Shown piece by piece: positions 1-9,331 of a stretch of 64,000 nt of DNA. Source of the stretch: an uncultured Verrucomicrobiaceae bacterium (GTDB lineage Bacteria > Verrucomicrobiota > Verrucomicrobiia > Methylacidiphilales > CAYYVW01); assembly GCA_964473925.1 (NCBI GenBank), contig CAYYVW010000003.1:3179-67178 (forward strand), given 5' to 3'. Made by a program: the position numbers and the translations under genes. Position 1 is the first letter of the stretch. Each line of letters begins with the position of its first letter. The notes beneath the pieces are model-generated. The model did no database searches. It was not told the origin of the DNA and saw nothing but the letters and a program-made list of their open reading frames with translations.

Positions 1-209
1 CCGGAAGTCTCGCCTTTTTCCCAGAGCGCCTTCCGACTCCGGCTCCAGAACGTGACGCGACCACTCGCCAAAGTTTTTACCAGCGCCTCCCGGTTCATAA
101 AACCGAGCATGAGCACCTGTAGCGTCGCCGCATCCTGCACAATGGCGGGGACGAGCTCGCCGGATTTTTTCCAGTCGAGCGAGTCAGGATTAAATTTGAG
201 CGCTGTCAT
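1..209 (-). CDS. hisI: Phosphoribosyl-AMP cyclohydrolase (HisI or HisIE), N-terminal part; the gene runs off the window
   Basis: My own minus-strand translation reads [69 protein letters not shown], which is a HisI-type motif pattern. Its ATG overlaps the hisF stop (ATGA). Confidence 0.8.
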   Translation of the reverse strand, partial: MTALKFNPDSLDWKKSGELVPAIVQDAATLQVLMLGFMNREALVKTLASGRVTFWSRSRKALWEKGETS

Positions 210-973
210 AACCGAACCGGAATTCCTTCCTGTTGGAGATAGGCTTTGAGCTCACTAATCGCAATCACACTTTTGTGAAAGACGCTGGCCGCCAGCCCCG
301 CGTCGACTTTTGCTTGTTGAAAAACATCGCGAAAATGTTCGAGCGCGCCCGCACCGCCCGACGCGACGAGCGGAATTGTTACCGCTTCTCGCACGCGCGC
401 GAGTTGCTCGATGTCGTACCCCTGTCGCACTCCATCCTGATTCATGCAGTTGAGAACGATCTCGCCCGCGCCGCGCTCCTGCGCCTCGCGCGCCCAGTCG
501 AGCGTTCGCCGGCGCGTGTCGACCGTCTTGTCCGGGTCGCCGGTGTATTGATGCACGACCCACTCGCCGCCCTGCCACAAACTGTCGATGCCGACGACAA
601 CGCACTGCACGCCGAACGCTTCCGCCAGCTCGGCGATGAGCGCCGGATTTTCCAGCGCGGGCGAGTTGATTGAGATTTTGTCCGCGCCAGCGTGCAGCAC
701 CGCGCGCGCATCATCGACCGAGCGAATCCCACCCGCGACGCAAAATGGAATATCGATCACCTCGGCGATCTTCTCGATCCACGCGCGGTCGACCGTGCGC
801 CGGTCGCTCGAAGCCGTTATATCGTAAAAGACAAGCTCGTCCGCGCCTTCGTTCCGGTAGCGTTCGGCCAGCGCGACGATATCGCCGACCACTTCGTGGT
901 CGCGAAAGCGGACACCCTTGATGACTTTACCGTCACGGACGTCCAAGCATGGGATGATGCGTTTAGTCAGCAT
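206..973 (-). CDS. hisF: Imidazole glycerol phosphate synthase cyclase subunit HisF
   Basis: The product starts [23 protein letters not shown] and contains VASGGAG, typical of HisF. I trimmed the start to the internal ATG at 973; the ORF track extends to 1015. Confidence 0.93.
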   Translation of the reverse strand: MLTKRIIPCLDVRDGKVIKGVRFRDHEVVGDIVALAERYRNEGADELVFYDITASSDRRTVDRAWIEKIAEVIDIPFCVAGGIRSVDDARAVLHAGADKISINSPALENPALIAELAEAFGVQCVVVGIDSLWQGGEWVVHQYTGDPDKTVDTRRRTLDWAREAQERGAGEIVLNCMNQDGVRQGYDIEQLARVREAVTIPLVASGGAGALEHFRDVFQQAKVDAGLAASVFHKSVIAISELKAYLQQEGIPVRL

Positions 974-980
974 GGTATTT

Positions 981-1748
981 TTAAGCGGAGATTTTTTGAA
1001 CGCGCGCACCGCCAACTTTTTCCAACGCTTCCGCGAGCATGAATTTCTTTTCGTAGAGCGCCTTGCCGATGACCGCGCCCGCGGCGCCGCACGCTTGGAG
1101 CGCTGCCAGATCTTCCAGCGACGCGATGCCGCCGGAGGCTTGGAATTGCAGCGCCGGAAATTCTTTTGCGAGTTTTTCGTAAAGCGCCGTCTCGGGACCC
1201 GTCAGCATGCCGTCGCGGTCGACAACGGTGCACAAAATGTGAAGCGCGCCGGCGTCCGAATAGCTGCGGAGTAAATCATAGAGAGAAACCGTTGCGCTCT
1301 CCTGCCATCCGCGCAGCGCGGGACGGTACCCTTCGGCGGCGGAAGCGTCCGCGCGAACGTCGAGCGCAAGCGTCACCTTTTCAGCTCCGAACTTTTTGAG
1401 CCAGCCCTGTACCATCGGCGGATCGGTCACTGCGACGCTGCCCACGACCGCGCGCGCGACGCCGCCCGCGAGCAGTACTTCGATCTGCTCCGCAGAGCGA
1501 ATTCCGCCACCGGTTTGAACGCGCAAGCCGGAGTCGCGCGCGACGCGCAGGATAATTTCGGTCTGCGCCACCTTGCCATCTCGCGCGCCATCCAGGTCCA
1601 CGACGTGCAGCCACTGCGCACCGCTTTGCGCGAACACGCGCGCCTGCTCCAGCGCATCGTCGTGGTAGACGGTCTGTGCATTGAAATCTCCTTTGGCCAG
1701 ACGCACACAACGTCCGCCGGCCAGGTCGATGGCGGGGTACAAGATCAT
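981..1748 (-). CDS. hisA: ProFAR isomerase HisA
   Basis: The product starts [17 protein letters not shown] and contains [11 protein letters not shown]. The start is an internal ATG at 1748, overlapping the hisH stop by 4 nt. The upstream part of the 395-aa ORF does not look protein-like. Confidence 0.9.
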   Translation of the reverse strand: MILYPAIDLAGGRCVRLAKGDFNAQTVYHDDALEQARVFAQSGAQWLHVVDLDGARDGKVAQTEIILRVARDSGLRVQTGGGIRSAEQIEVLLAGGVARAVVGSVAVTDPPMVQGWLKKFGAEKVTLALDVRADASAAEGYRPALRGWQESATVSLYDLLRSYSDAGALHILCTVVDRDGMLTGPETALYEKLAKEFPALQFQASGGIASLEDLAALQACGAAGAVIGKALYEKKFMLAEALEKVGGARVQKISA

Positions 1749-2422
1749 GTGCGAGCTCCGGCGACAGGTTGCGATGAAGGCGCAGCGACCAAATCCGCCG
1801 CAGATGTCGTGACAAAGTTCTTCAAGATCTGCGCGCCGACTTGCGCCGAGCGCTCGGGATGAAATTGGCACCCCATCCAGTTCCCAGACGCAACCATCGC
1901 CGCGATCGCGACGCCGTAGTCGGTGGCCGCAATCGTGTACGCCGGATCGGCAGGCGCGTAATAGCTGTGCACAAAATAAGCGTGCGCTTTTTTCTCCAAG
2001 CCGTTCAAAAGCGGATGCGCACCCAAGGGTTGCAACGAATTCCACCCCATGTGCGGCACGGGTAGATCGGGCAAGCTCGGCAACAGGAGAATCTTCCCGG
2101 GAATGACGCCAAGGCACTCCGCGTCGTTCTCTTCCGAGCGCTCGAAAAGCAACTGCATCCCGAGACAAAGACCGAGTACGGGTTGCGTGAGCGCGCGCAG
2201 AACATCGACGAGATTTTTCTCGCGCAGCCGCCGCATCGATGCGCCCGCGGCACCGACGCCGGGCAGGATGACTTTTTCCGCGTCGCGGATCTGCGCCGCA
2301 TCGGCTGTGACGGGCGCCTCGACTCCCGCGCGGCGCAGCGCATGCATCACCGACGCGAGGTTCGCACCGCCGCTATCCACAACGACAACGCTGCCGCCTG
2401 AGTTTTTTTGAAACGCACTCAC
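1745..2422 (-). CDS. hisH: Imidazole glycerol phosphate synthase glutamine amidotransferase subunit HisH
   Basis: Class-I amidotransferase motifs are present: GLCLGMQLL and QFHPE. It sits in the his operon. Confidence 0.9.
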   Translation of the reverse strand: MSAFQKNSGGSVVVVDSGGANLASVMHALRRAGVEAPVTADAAQIRDAEKVILPGVGAAGASMRRLREKNLVDVLRALTQPVLGLCLGMQLLFERSEENDAECLGVIPGKILLLPSLPDLPVPHMGWNSLQPLGAHPLLNGLEKKAHAYFVHSYYAPADPAYTIAATDYGVAIAAMVASGNWMGCQFHPERSAQVGAQILKNFVTTSAADLVAAPSSQPVAGART

Positions 2423-4092
2423 AGAACTCCTTTAGTGGAAGGGAGCCGATCGCCTTCAACTTTGAGCGCCATTCCGAGCGCGCGCGCGAAGCTCTTGAAG
2501 CTCGACTCGATCATGTGATGAGTGTCTTTGCCTGTGACGCGCACTTGGATTGCCGCCTGCAGCGTGTCCGAGAGTGACTTGAAGAAGTGCGGCGTCATCG
2601 CCGACGGAAATGTGCCGACGTGCGAGTCGGGGAAGTTGCCTTCAAAGACGCACCACGGCCGCCCGGAAAGATCAATCGCCACGTCGGCCGTCGCCTCGTC
2701 CATCGCGAGCACGAAGCCGTAACGCGTGAGCCCCTTCTTGTCGCCGAGCGCTTGCTTGAGTGCGGCACCCAACGCGAGCGCGCAATCCTCGACCGTGTGA
2801 TGCGGATCGATGTGCAGATCGCCTTTGCAGGTGACCGTCATCGCGAATCCGCCGTGCCGCGCGATCTGCTCGAGCATGTGATCAAAAAAGCCGACGCCGG
2901 TGTCGAGAATGACAGGCCCGGTGGCATCGAGGTCAACGATCGCGGCGATGTCCGTCTCTTTGGTTTTACGCAGGCACTCGCCCCGGCGCGGCGCACGCGG
3001 CGGTTTGGAAGAGCCCCCCGACAGTCCGAGCGATTGCAGCACGAGCTCATTCTCCTCCGGCGTACCGATCGTGAAGCGGACGCACTCGGCGCGGTCGCTA
3101 TTCCGGTTGCGGATGATGATGCGGTCGCCTTTGAGTTTGGACATGAGCGCCGCAGCGCCGGTGGTCTCAACGAAAAGATAATTCGCGTCGCTGGGCCAAA
3201 CGCGCTTGACGTCTTGATGCCGCGCGAGCGCCTCGGCCATCCGCGCGCGCTCCTGCTTGAGCACGGTGATCCGGTGACGCGCGAGCTGCAGGCCGCCGGC
3301 CGTCATGTTGGCGACAACCGCTTCAGTCACGGGCTTGGAGATGGGATAGGGCGCCTGCACTTTGCGCAGCAGCGAGACAATCTCGGGCGCGGCGAGCAGG
3401 CTGCCGCAGCGAACGCCGGCGAGGCCGAACATTTTAGAAAGCGTGCGCAGGACGACCAGGTTGGGATTTTTCTCCAGCTCGGCGGCAAGGCTTTGCGTCT
3501 CGGCGAATTCGACGTACGCCTCGTCGACGACGACGATCGCCTGCCCTCGCAATTTTTCGACCAGCGTCAGAATTTTTTTTCTGTCGAGCAAGTTGCCCGT
3601 GGGATTGTTGGGCGAGCAGAGGAAAACGAGTTTGACGCGCGGCAAATCTTTTTTGCATGCGGCGAGCACTGCATCGACATCGACATCGAAATTTTTATTC
3701 AGCGGCGCTTCGACGACAGCGGCGTTCTGCGTGTCCGCACAAACGCGGTACATGCCGTAGGTCGGCGGGGTGATGAGGATCGCATCTTGCTCCGGCCGGC
3801 AGAACGCGCGCACGAGCAGCTCGATGCATTCGTCACTGCCGCGCCCGATGAGAATTTGGTCGGACTTCACTCCGTACAGATCGGTGAGTCGTGCAACGAG
3901 CTCGGGCGGTTGCGGATCCGGGTAGCGGTTCCAACCACCGCCGACAGCGGGCGGGTACGGATTCTCGTTCGCATCGAGCCAGACGTAGCCGGACGCGCCG
4001 GGCATCTCGCTGCGTGCGGACGTGTACGCCTTGAGCGCGAGGATGTGCGGGCAAGCAAGATCGGAGACGATTTTGGCGGCAGTGGAGTTCAT
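2419..4092 (-). CDS. hisC-hisB: Bifunctional fusion: histidinol-phosphate aminotransferase (HisC, N-terminal) plus imidazoleglycerol-phosphate dehydratase (HisB IGPD domain, C-terminal)
   Basis: The N-terminal ~350 aa look like an aminotransferase (LDANENPY, NPNNPTG, SKMFGLAG). The C-terminal ~195 aa carry IGPD motifs (RKTKETDI, GFFDHML, HHTVED, HHMIES). A Gly/Ser/Pro/Arg-rich linker joins them in a single uninterrupted ORF. Confidence 0.85.
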   Translation of the reverse strand: MNSTAAKIVSDLACPHILALKAYTSARSEMPGASGYVWLDANENPYPPAVGGGWNRYPDPQPPELVARLTDLYGVKSDQILIGRGSDECIELLVRAFCRPEQDAILITPPTYGMYRVCADTQNAAVVEAPLNKNFDVDVDAVLAACKKDLPRVKLVFLCSPNNPTGNLLDRKKILTLVEKLRGQAIVVVDEAYVEFAETQSLAAELEKNPNLVVLRTLSKMFGLAGVRCGSLLAAPEIVSLLRKVQAPYPISKPVTEAVVANMTAGGLQLARHRITVLKQERARMAEALARHQDVKRVWPSDANYLFVETTGAAALMSKLKGDRIIIRNRNSDRAECVRFTIGTPEENELVLQSLGLSGGSSKPPRAPRRGECLRKTKETDIAAIVDLDATGPVILDTGVGFFDHMLEQIARHGGFAMTVTCKGDLHIDPHHTVEDCALALGAALKQALGDKKGLTRYGFVLAMDEATADVAIDLSGRPWCVFEGNFPDSHVGTFPSAMTPHFFKSLSDTLQAAIQVRVTGKDTHHMIESSFKSFARALGMALKVEGDRLPSTKGVL

Positions 4093-4113
4093 ATAAATAA
4101 AGCGGCGTTGAAT

Positions 4114-5469
4114 TTATGTGCGTTGGCGAACTTCGGCGGCGCGGGCGTGGGCCTCGAGCCCTTCTTGACGCGCAAGCCGCGCGGTATCCGCCACCACTTG
4201 TGAACCAGGTGCGACGGCCGACGGCTCGACCGCGGTGACAAGCGACCACGCAACAAACGAGAGCATGTTGATTGGGTTGTGCACGCCGGCGTTACCCTGC
4301 GTGGGGATGAGGTGATTATCGCCGGACATTCCGTAGTCGCCGAAAACTTCGGCGGAACTGTGCCCAATGAAAATGGAGCCAGCACCCCGGAGCGCGCGCG
4401 CCCAGTCCCAGATCGCGTTATTCGTGCCTTCGATTTGCAGGAGCAGGTGCTCGGGCGCGTATTGCTCGACGATCGCAGGCGCATCCCGGCGGACGTCGTC
4501 GACTAATATAAGCGTGCTTTCTTTGAGCGCCTCGCCCGCGATGTGCCCGCGCGGCAAGTCGGCCATTTGCTTTTGCAGCTCCTGCTCGATTTGATCGAAC
4601 AGCGCCGCATCGTCGACAATGACCTTCGCTTGCGAAACATCGCCGTGCTCGAGCTGCGCGAGGCAGTCCGCGGCGATGAAAGCGGGATTCGCGGTTTTAT
4701 CCGCCACGATCATCACCTCGGACGCGCCGGCGGGCATGTCGACCGCAACGCCGTCCATCGTCGCCGCAATCTCGCGCTTGGCCGCGACCACAACGGGGCT
4801 GCCTGGCCCGAAGATTTTCTGCACCCCTTTGCACAGCGCCATGAACGCGACCGCGTGCGCGCCGCCCACTTTATAAATCTCGTCGATGCCGCACAGGTCG
4901 GCCGCCAGCACCATCATCGGGTGGATCGAGCCGTCCGCTTTGGGCGGCGTGCAGATGATGCGACTGGGCGAGCCCGCGATCTGGCTCGGCGCACCGAGCA
5001 TGATGATGGTGGAAAAGAGCGGCGCCTCACCGGCCGGGATGTAGAAACCCAGCCGCTGAATCGGGTGAAACGTCATGCCGGACGTGATACCGGGTTCAAT
5101 CTCATGCCGCAGCGCGAGCGGCTGCAGCAGCCGCCACTGCTCTTCGTGCTGCTTGCGGACGTTGCGGTAGAAATGCTCGAGCGCGGCGCGGTCTTCGGGC
5201 GCGACGGCAGCGCGGGCGGCTTTTTTCTCCGCCTCGCTCAAGCGCAGGTCGGGCAGATCGACCTTGTCGAATTTTTTTCCGAAAGCGCGAACCGCTGCCT
5301 CGCCGCCTTTGCGGACCTGGTCAAAAATTTCCTGCACGACCGGGCGCATGGCGAGCTCGCGCTCGGCCGCGGGGCGCCAGCAGATGCGCGCGCGCTGCTC
5401 GGACGAGAGCTTCTTCCAGACGACGCGCTGGATGAGCGCGGCAGCGGCTTCTTTGATAGTGGCAGTCAT
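4114..5469 (-). CDS. hisD: Histidinol dehydrogenase HisD
   Basis: 451 aa in the his operon, with HisD-like blocks (GPGSPVVVAAK, AQLEHG). Confidence 0.9.
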   Translation of the reverse strand: MTATIKEAAAALIQRVVWKKLSSEQRARICWRPAAERELAMRPVVQEIFDQVRKGGEAAVRAFGKKFDKVDLPDLRLSEAEKKAARAAVAPEDRAALEHFYRNVRKQHEEQWRLLQPLALRHEIEPGITSGMTFHPIQRLGFYIPAGEAPLFSTIIMLGAPSQIAGSPSRIICTPPKADGSIHPMMVLAADLCGIDEIYKVGGAHAVAFMALCKGVQKIFGPGSPVVVAAKREIAATMDGVAVDMPAGASEVMIVADKTANPAFIAADCLAQLEHGDVSQAKVIVDDAALFDQIEQELQKQMADLPRGHIAGEALKESTLILVDDVRRDAPAIVEQYAPEHLLLQIEGTNNAIWDWARALRGAGSIFIGHSSAEVFGDYGMSGDNHLIPTQGNAGVHNPINMLSFVAWSLVTAVEPSAVAPGSQVVADTARLARQEGLEAHARAAEVRQRT

Positions 5470-5472
5470 AAA

Positions 5473-6366
5473 TTAATCCATCATTTTCTCGATTGGCACG
5501 ACGAGGATCGCACTCGCGCCGGCGGCTTTGAGTTTTTCCATCGTCTCCCAAAAAACAGATTCTTTGCAGACCGCGTGCACCGCGACGTATTCGGATGTGC
5601 CCTGCAGCGGGATGATCGTCGGAGATTTCGCGCCGGGGATCATCTTGCAGATTTCGTCGAGCTTGGCCTTGGGCGCATTGAGCATGATGTATTTGCTCTC
5701 GCCCGCGCGCAGCACGCCGTTCATCCGCGTGATGAGGCGCTCGGCCGTCGCTTCCTTCTCGGGCGGCAGCGGCTTGCTGTTGCGGTGACGAACCAGGAGC
5801 GCCTGGCTTTCCAGCAACGTGTGGACCGCCGTGAGGTTATTAGCCGCGAGCGTCGCGCCGGTGGAGATGATGTCGCAGACCGCATCGGCGATATCCAACC
5901 GCGCCGCCACCTCGACCGAGCCGGTCATCGTGACGACTTCGGCTTTGAGTTTATTCTTTGTGAGAAAATCACGCATCACCGCCGGATAGGAGGTGGCGAT
6001 CTTCAAGCCGTTCAAATCTTGCAGGCCGCTCCACTGGCGGGTGGACGGCACCGCAAGCACCAGTTTGCAGTACGAGAAGCCCAACGGTCGCATGATCTCG
6101 GCGTTGAGCGGCCGGCCCAGCGCGAGCTGCACTTCGGTGAAAACATTTTCGCCGACGATGCCAAAGTCGCATACGCCCTCGTCGACGAAGCCGGGGATAT
6201 CGTCGTCACGGACCAGAAGCAGATCGATCGGAAGCTCCTCGATGCGGCAGAAGAGCTCGTTCTTGCTTTTGGAAATGTGCAGGCCGCACTTTTTGAGCAG
6301 GTCGAAGCTGGCTTCGGAAAGGCGTCCGGATTTTTGAAGCGCAACGCGCAGGCGGGTGTTGTCCAT
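5473..6366 (-). CDS. hisG: ATP phosphoribosyltransferase, long form with C-terminal regulatory domain (HisG)
   Basis: The product starts LRVALQKSGRLSEASFDLLKKCGL. It is 297 aa with a C-terminal extension ending in PIEKMMD. Confidence 0.9.
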   Translation of the reverse strand: MDNTRLRVALQKSGRLSEASFDLLKKCGLHISKSKNELFCRIEELPIDLLLVRDDDIPGFVDEGVCDFGIVGENVFTEVQLALGRPLNAEIMRPLGFSYCKLVLAVPSTRQWSGLQDLNGLKIATSYPAVMRDFLTKNKLKAEVVTMTGSVEVAARLDIADAVCDIISTGATLAANNLTAVHTLLESQALLVRHRNSKPLPPEKEATAERLITRMNGVLRAGESKYIMLNAPKAKLDEICKMIPGAKSPTIIPLQGTSEYVAVHAVCKESVFWETMEKLKAAGASAILVVPIEKMMD

Positions 6367-6375
6367 AAAATGATT

Positions 6376-6723
6376 TTAATTCTTTTTTCGTTTTTTGATT
6401 CGGTCCAGCACCAGGCGGTAACCCTGATGAGGCTCTTGCAATAAAAAGCGGGCGACGCGGCCGATGGTGGTGGTGCTGACGCCGATCCGGTCGTGGATCT
6501 GGCGGTAGGACTGGTTGCCCGCGTCGAGCTGGCAGGCGATTTGCCAGCGCTCGGCCATCGCATCGATCTCTTCCAGCGTGCAGACATCGCGCAGGAAGCG
6601 GCGGATTTCGTCCGTGCCCTTGAGCTGGGAAAACGCCTCATACAGCGCGCGGTAATGCGACGCGGGAAGCTGCCCAGCCACATGGCGGGAACGGATGGAG
6701 CGAATGCGAGGAGTGGCTGTCAT
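6376..6723 (-). CDS. TrpR/YerC/YecD-family helix-turn-helix protein; first gene of the his operon
   Basis: 115 aa. The segment CTLEEIDAMAERWQIACQLDAGNQSYRQIHDRIGVSTTTIGRVARFL matches the Trp-repressor-like YerC/YecD fold. Its stop lies 9 nt before the hisG start. Confidence 0.7.
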   Translation of the reverse strand: MTATPRIRSIRSRHVAGQLPASHYRALYEAFSQLKGTDEIRRFLRDVCTLEEIDAMAERWQIACQLDAGNQSYRQIHDRIGVSTTTIGRVARFLLQEPHQGYRLVLDRIKKRKKN

Positions 6724-6733
6724 AAGGATTATC

Positions 6734-6761
6734 CTACTGTGTTAGCATAGTAATACAGTAG
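6734..6761. promoter_or_regulatory. Inverted repeat CTACTGT-N14-ACAGTAG in the divergent yerC-like/hisN intergenic region; candidate operator
   Basis: The 7-bp arms are perfect when read directly. The site lies 11-38 nt upstream of the yerC-like ATG, in an AT-rich 106-nt intergenic region. Confidence 0.35.
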
Positions 6762-6829
6762 AATGACCCTTCTGTCAACGGATTTTTTGTATTGGTGAAA
6801 TATTTTTTTGCGTGCTACCTAAATTGTTC

Positions 6830-7609
6830 ATGCAGAAGGAGCTGATTGCATTCGCCAACACCCTGGCCGATGCCGCGCGGGGCATCATCACGCCGCTTTT
6901 TCGCACCCAGCTCGAGCGCGAGCACAAGGAGGCGGACTCTCCCGTCGTGACGGTTGCGGATCGCGAGGCCGAGCGCGTGATGCGCGAGCTCATTGAGCAG
7001 CGCTTCCCCAATCACGGCATCGTGGGAGAAGAATTCGGCGAAAAGAAAACGGCGAGCGCACATACCTGGGTGCTCGACCCCGTCGACGGCACGATCGCGT
7101 TTAGCATGGGCAAGGTACTCTTTGGCACGCTCATCGGACTTTTGGAGGAGGGCCGACCTGTACTGGGTGTGATCGACCAGCCGGTTCTAGCGGAGCGATG
7201 GATCGGCGGAACGGACCTGCCGACACAATTCAACGGAAAGCCCGTGCGTACGAGCGCGACCGAATCACTCAAGCGCGCTGCGATCGCAACGACGTCGCCG
7301 TTCATGTTTGAAACGCCGAAGCAGGAAGAAATGATCCGCCAGCTGAAAAAGCGCGCGCAGCTCTTCAGCTTTGGCGGCGACTGTTATAATTATGCGCTGC
7401 TCGCCTCGGGCCACGTGGACGCCGTGATTGAGCGGCAGCTCAAGACGCACGACTGGGCGGCGCTCGTTCCCGTGATCGAAGCGGCAGGCGGCGTCGTGAC
7501 CGATTGGGAAGGAAACACGCTCACGCTGGCAAGCGCGGGTGATGTCGTCGCTACGGCCAACCCTGCGCTGCACCGCGAGCTGCTCGCGCTGACGCGGGGT
7601 TGCGCTTAG
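6830..7609 (+). CDS. hisN: Inositol-monophosphatase-family phosphatase; probable histidinol-phosphate phosphatase HisN
   Basis: IMPase motifs are present (VVTVADREAE, WVLDPVDGT). It is divergent from the his operon, which lacks an HPase domain. I chose the ATG at 6830; a GTG at 6812 is also possible. Confidence 0.65.
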   Translation: MQKELIAFANTLADAARGIITPLFRTQLEREHKEADSPVVTVADREAERVMRELIEQRFPNHGIVGEEFGEKKTASAHTWVLDPVDGTIAFSMGKVLFGTLIGLLEEGRPVLGVIDQPVLAERWIGGTDLPTQFNGKPVRTSATESLKRAAIATTSPFMFETPKQEEMIRQLKKRAQLFSFGGDCYNYALLASGHVDAVIERQLKTHDWAALVPVIEAAGGVVTDWEGNTLTLASAGDVVATANPALHRELLALTRGCA

Positions 7610-8583
7610 ACGTCGGCGTGCTGTTGCAAAAGCCCGTGCCGCAGTCCGTGACCGCTGACGCGCGCGGAACTAGCACCCAGCCAATCGAACGTCGCCAGGA
7701 TGAGCGCTGCGCCGGGAAGGATCACGTTCGCCCGGTCCGGCGGCAGCCCGCGCACACGTTCAAGTTTTTCGAGCGGAAGCAGCGCAAGGCGACGGCTGAG
7801 CCGTTCCACTGCAGCGCGTGTGATGCGCGCGCCTTCGATGCCGCGGGATTGCGGTCCCGCCTTTTTTTCAAGCATCGCCGCGAGGATTGAGCCGGTTCCT
7901 CCCGTAAAGAGGAGATGGAATTTTTCGCGCGGCGTCGTGACGCGCAGATTGCCGCGGAGTTGCGCAGCCAAAAGCGCGCGCATCTTTTCAAATTTCTCCA
8001 CGCCGAGGGGATGGCGAACTTCAAAGCGCTCGCGCAGACGAACGACGCCCAGCGGCAGACTGTGCGACGCCGAGAGCTTCCCTCCCCGTCCGACGATCCA
8101 TTCCGTGCTGCCGCCGCCGACATCGACGACAAGCAGCGGCCGGCCGCGCCACCGTGCGTCGCATGCGTGCGCCGCGAAGACGGTCTGCGCTTCTTCTTCG
8201 CCGGAAAGAATTCGAATCGGTCCGCCGATGGCCGCGCGCGCGCGCCGGACAAAATCTTTCCGGTTGGAACTGTCACGCACCGCGCTGGTGGCAGCAGCGA
8301 GGACATGCATCCCCGCTTTGGATCCCCACCGAGTACGCACGAGACGGTGCGCTTCGCGGCGGAGCTCGGTCAGCGCCGCGAGCGTCCGCGCCATGGCGTC
8401 TGCGTCCAGCTTGCCCGCGCGCAAGAGCCCCTGCGCCAAGCCTGTCACGCGCGTGCGTTCGAGCAGAATCGACCAGCCGGACTTGTTGGCGCGACGCCGC
8501 GCGACGAGCACCTTGACGGAGTTGCTACCGATATCAAAGACGGCAACCGCGGACGTTTTGACGGAATGGGAAGCGACAGGCAC
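7606..8583 (-). CDS. Ppx/GppA-family phosphatase
   Basis: N-terminal AVFDIGSNSVKVLV and the VVDVGGGSTE motifs of the Ppx/GppA actin-like ATPase fold. Confidence 0.8.
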   Translation of the reverse strand: MPVASHSVKTSAVAVFDIGSNSVKVLVARRRANKSGWSILLERTRVTGLAQGLLRAGKLDADAMARTLAALTELRREAHRLVRTRWGSKAGMHVLAAATSAVRDSSNRKDFVRRARAAIGGPIRILSGEEEAQTVFAAHACDARWRGRPLLVVDVGGGSTEWIVGRGGKLSASHSLPLGVVRLRERFEVRHPLGVEKFEKMRALLAAQLRGNLRVTTPREKFHLLFTGGTGSILAAMLEKKAGPQSRGIEGARITRAAVERLSRRLALLPLEKLERVRGLPPDRANVILPGAALILATFDWLGASSARVSGHGLRHGLLQQHADV

Positions 8584-8614
8584 CTCGCATGATTAAAGCG
8601 GCCGGAGAAAATCG

Positions 8615-9304
8615 TCAACGCAGCTCTGGTCTTTCTACTGCGCGCGTAAGACCGGAACGCACTTCATAGTCTAAACGATCCAACGTTGCTGCCCGTATTG
8701 GTGGAATTCCGGTTTTGGTAGGACGCGGTTTATTCGAATCAAAATGAAAATCCGGTAGCAAATTTACCGAAAATCGATTCGGATGCACGGCAATGCGCTC
8801 GAATAATTCTGCGGGACTGCTCACAGATGAACGAGATCCTGTTTTTGCTGCGGAATCTTCAACGCTTGCCATGCCTTCTCGCAACAATTGCCGAGCCGTT
8901 TCAATCGCTTCATTCCCACGTACGACGGACAGTCCGAGCTGAAGGCGCCGAAGATGCCGCGCCGCATCCGCCATATTCTTTTGTGCCTCTTCCCTGTCAC
9001 CCACTTCATTCCCGGTATCCTGCCGCTCTTGTGCAAGAGCTTTGTAGGCTTTGCCTGCCGCATCCGCCAAAAACTCTCCTGCGTCCCACGCATTGCTTCG
9101 TGCTTCAGACGAGACCAGGGGTCTTTGAGATGGCTTGCCATCCAACATCCAAGTCCGTGTCACCGTTGTTTGATTAGGATGCTCTCCTGATTGAATGGCT
9201 TCGACAACCCATACTCCTTCGGGTTGCGCAGAGTCACGAATGCACCATCGAACAGCAGGAGATTGACCAGGAACAGCCATACGCGAGGAGGAACTACCCT
9301 GCAA
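8615..9304 (-). CDS. Hypothetical protein (orphan, visibly lower GC than its neighbours)
   Basis: A 229-aa ORF that fills the gap between ppx and rlmI. I recognise no motif. Confidence 0.45.
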   Translation of the reverse strand: MQGSSSSRMAVPGQSPAVRWCIRDSAQPEGVWVVEAIQSGEHPNQTTVTRTWMLDGKPSQRPLVSSEARSNAWDAGEFLADAAGKAYKALAQERQDTGNEVGDREEAQKNMADAARHLRRLQLGLSVVRGNEAIETARQLLREGMASVEDSAAKTGSRSSVSSPAELFERIAVHPNRFSVNLLPDFHFDSNKPRPTKTGIPPIRAATLDRLDYEVRSGLTRAVERPELR

Positions 9305-9331
9305 ATGCTGCTACGGCGTTAAAATGTCTGA

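Noticed and set aside
1845-1865. CATCCCGAG matches inside hisH (QFHPERS), and a similar one in ndh near 13941, resembling the GTCATCCCGAG repeat
   Set aside because: These encode conserved catalytic or structural residues of the proteins and lack the rest of the repeat, so they are coincidental short matches.
2587-6444. Very long plus-strand ORFs (2587..4203, 538 aa; 4543..6444, 633 aa) opposite the his genes
   Set aside because: They are antisense shadow ORFs typical of high-GC DNA. The products are Arg/Gly/Asp/His-rich low-complexity sequence, while the minus-strand products are unmistakable HisC/B, HisD and HisG.
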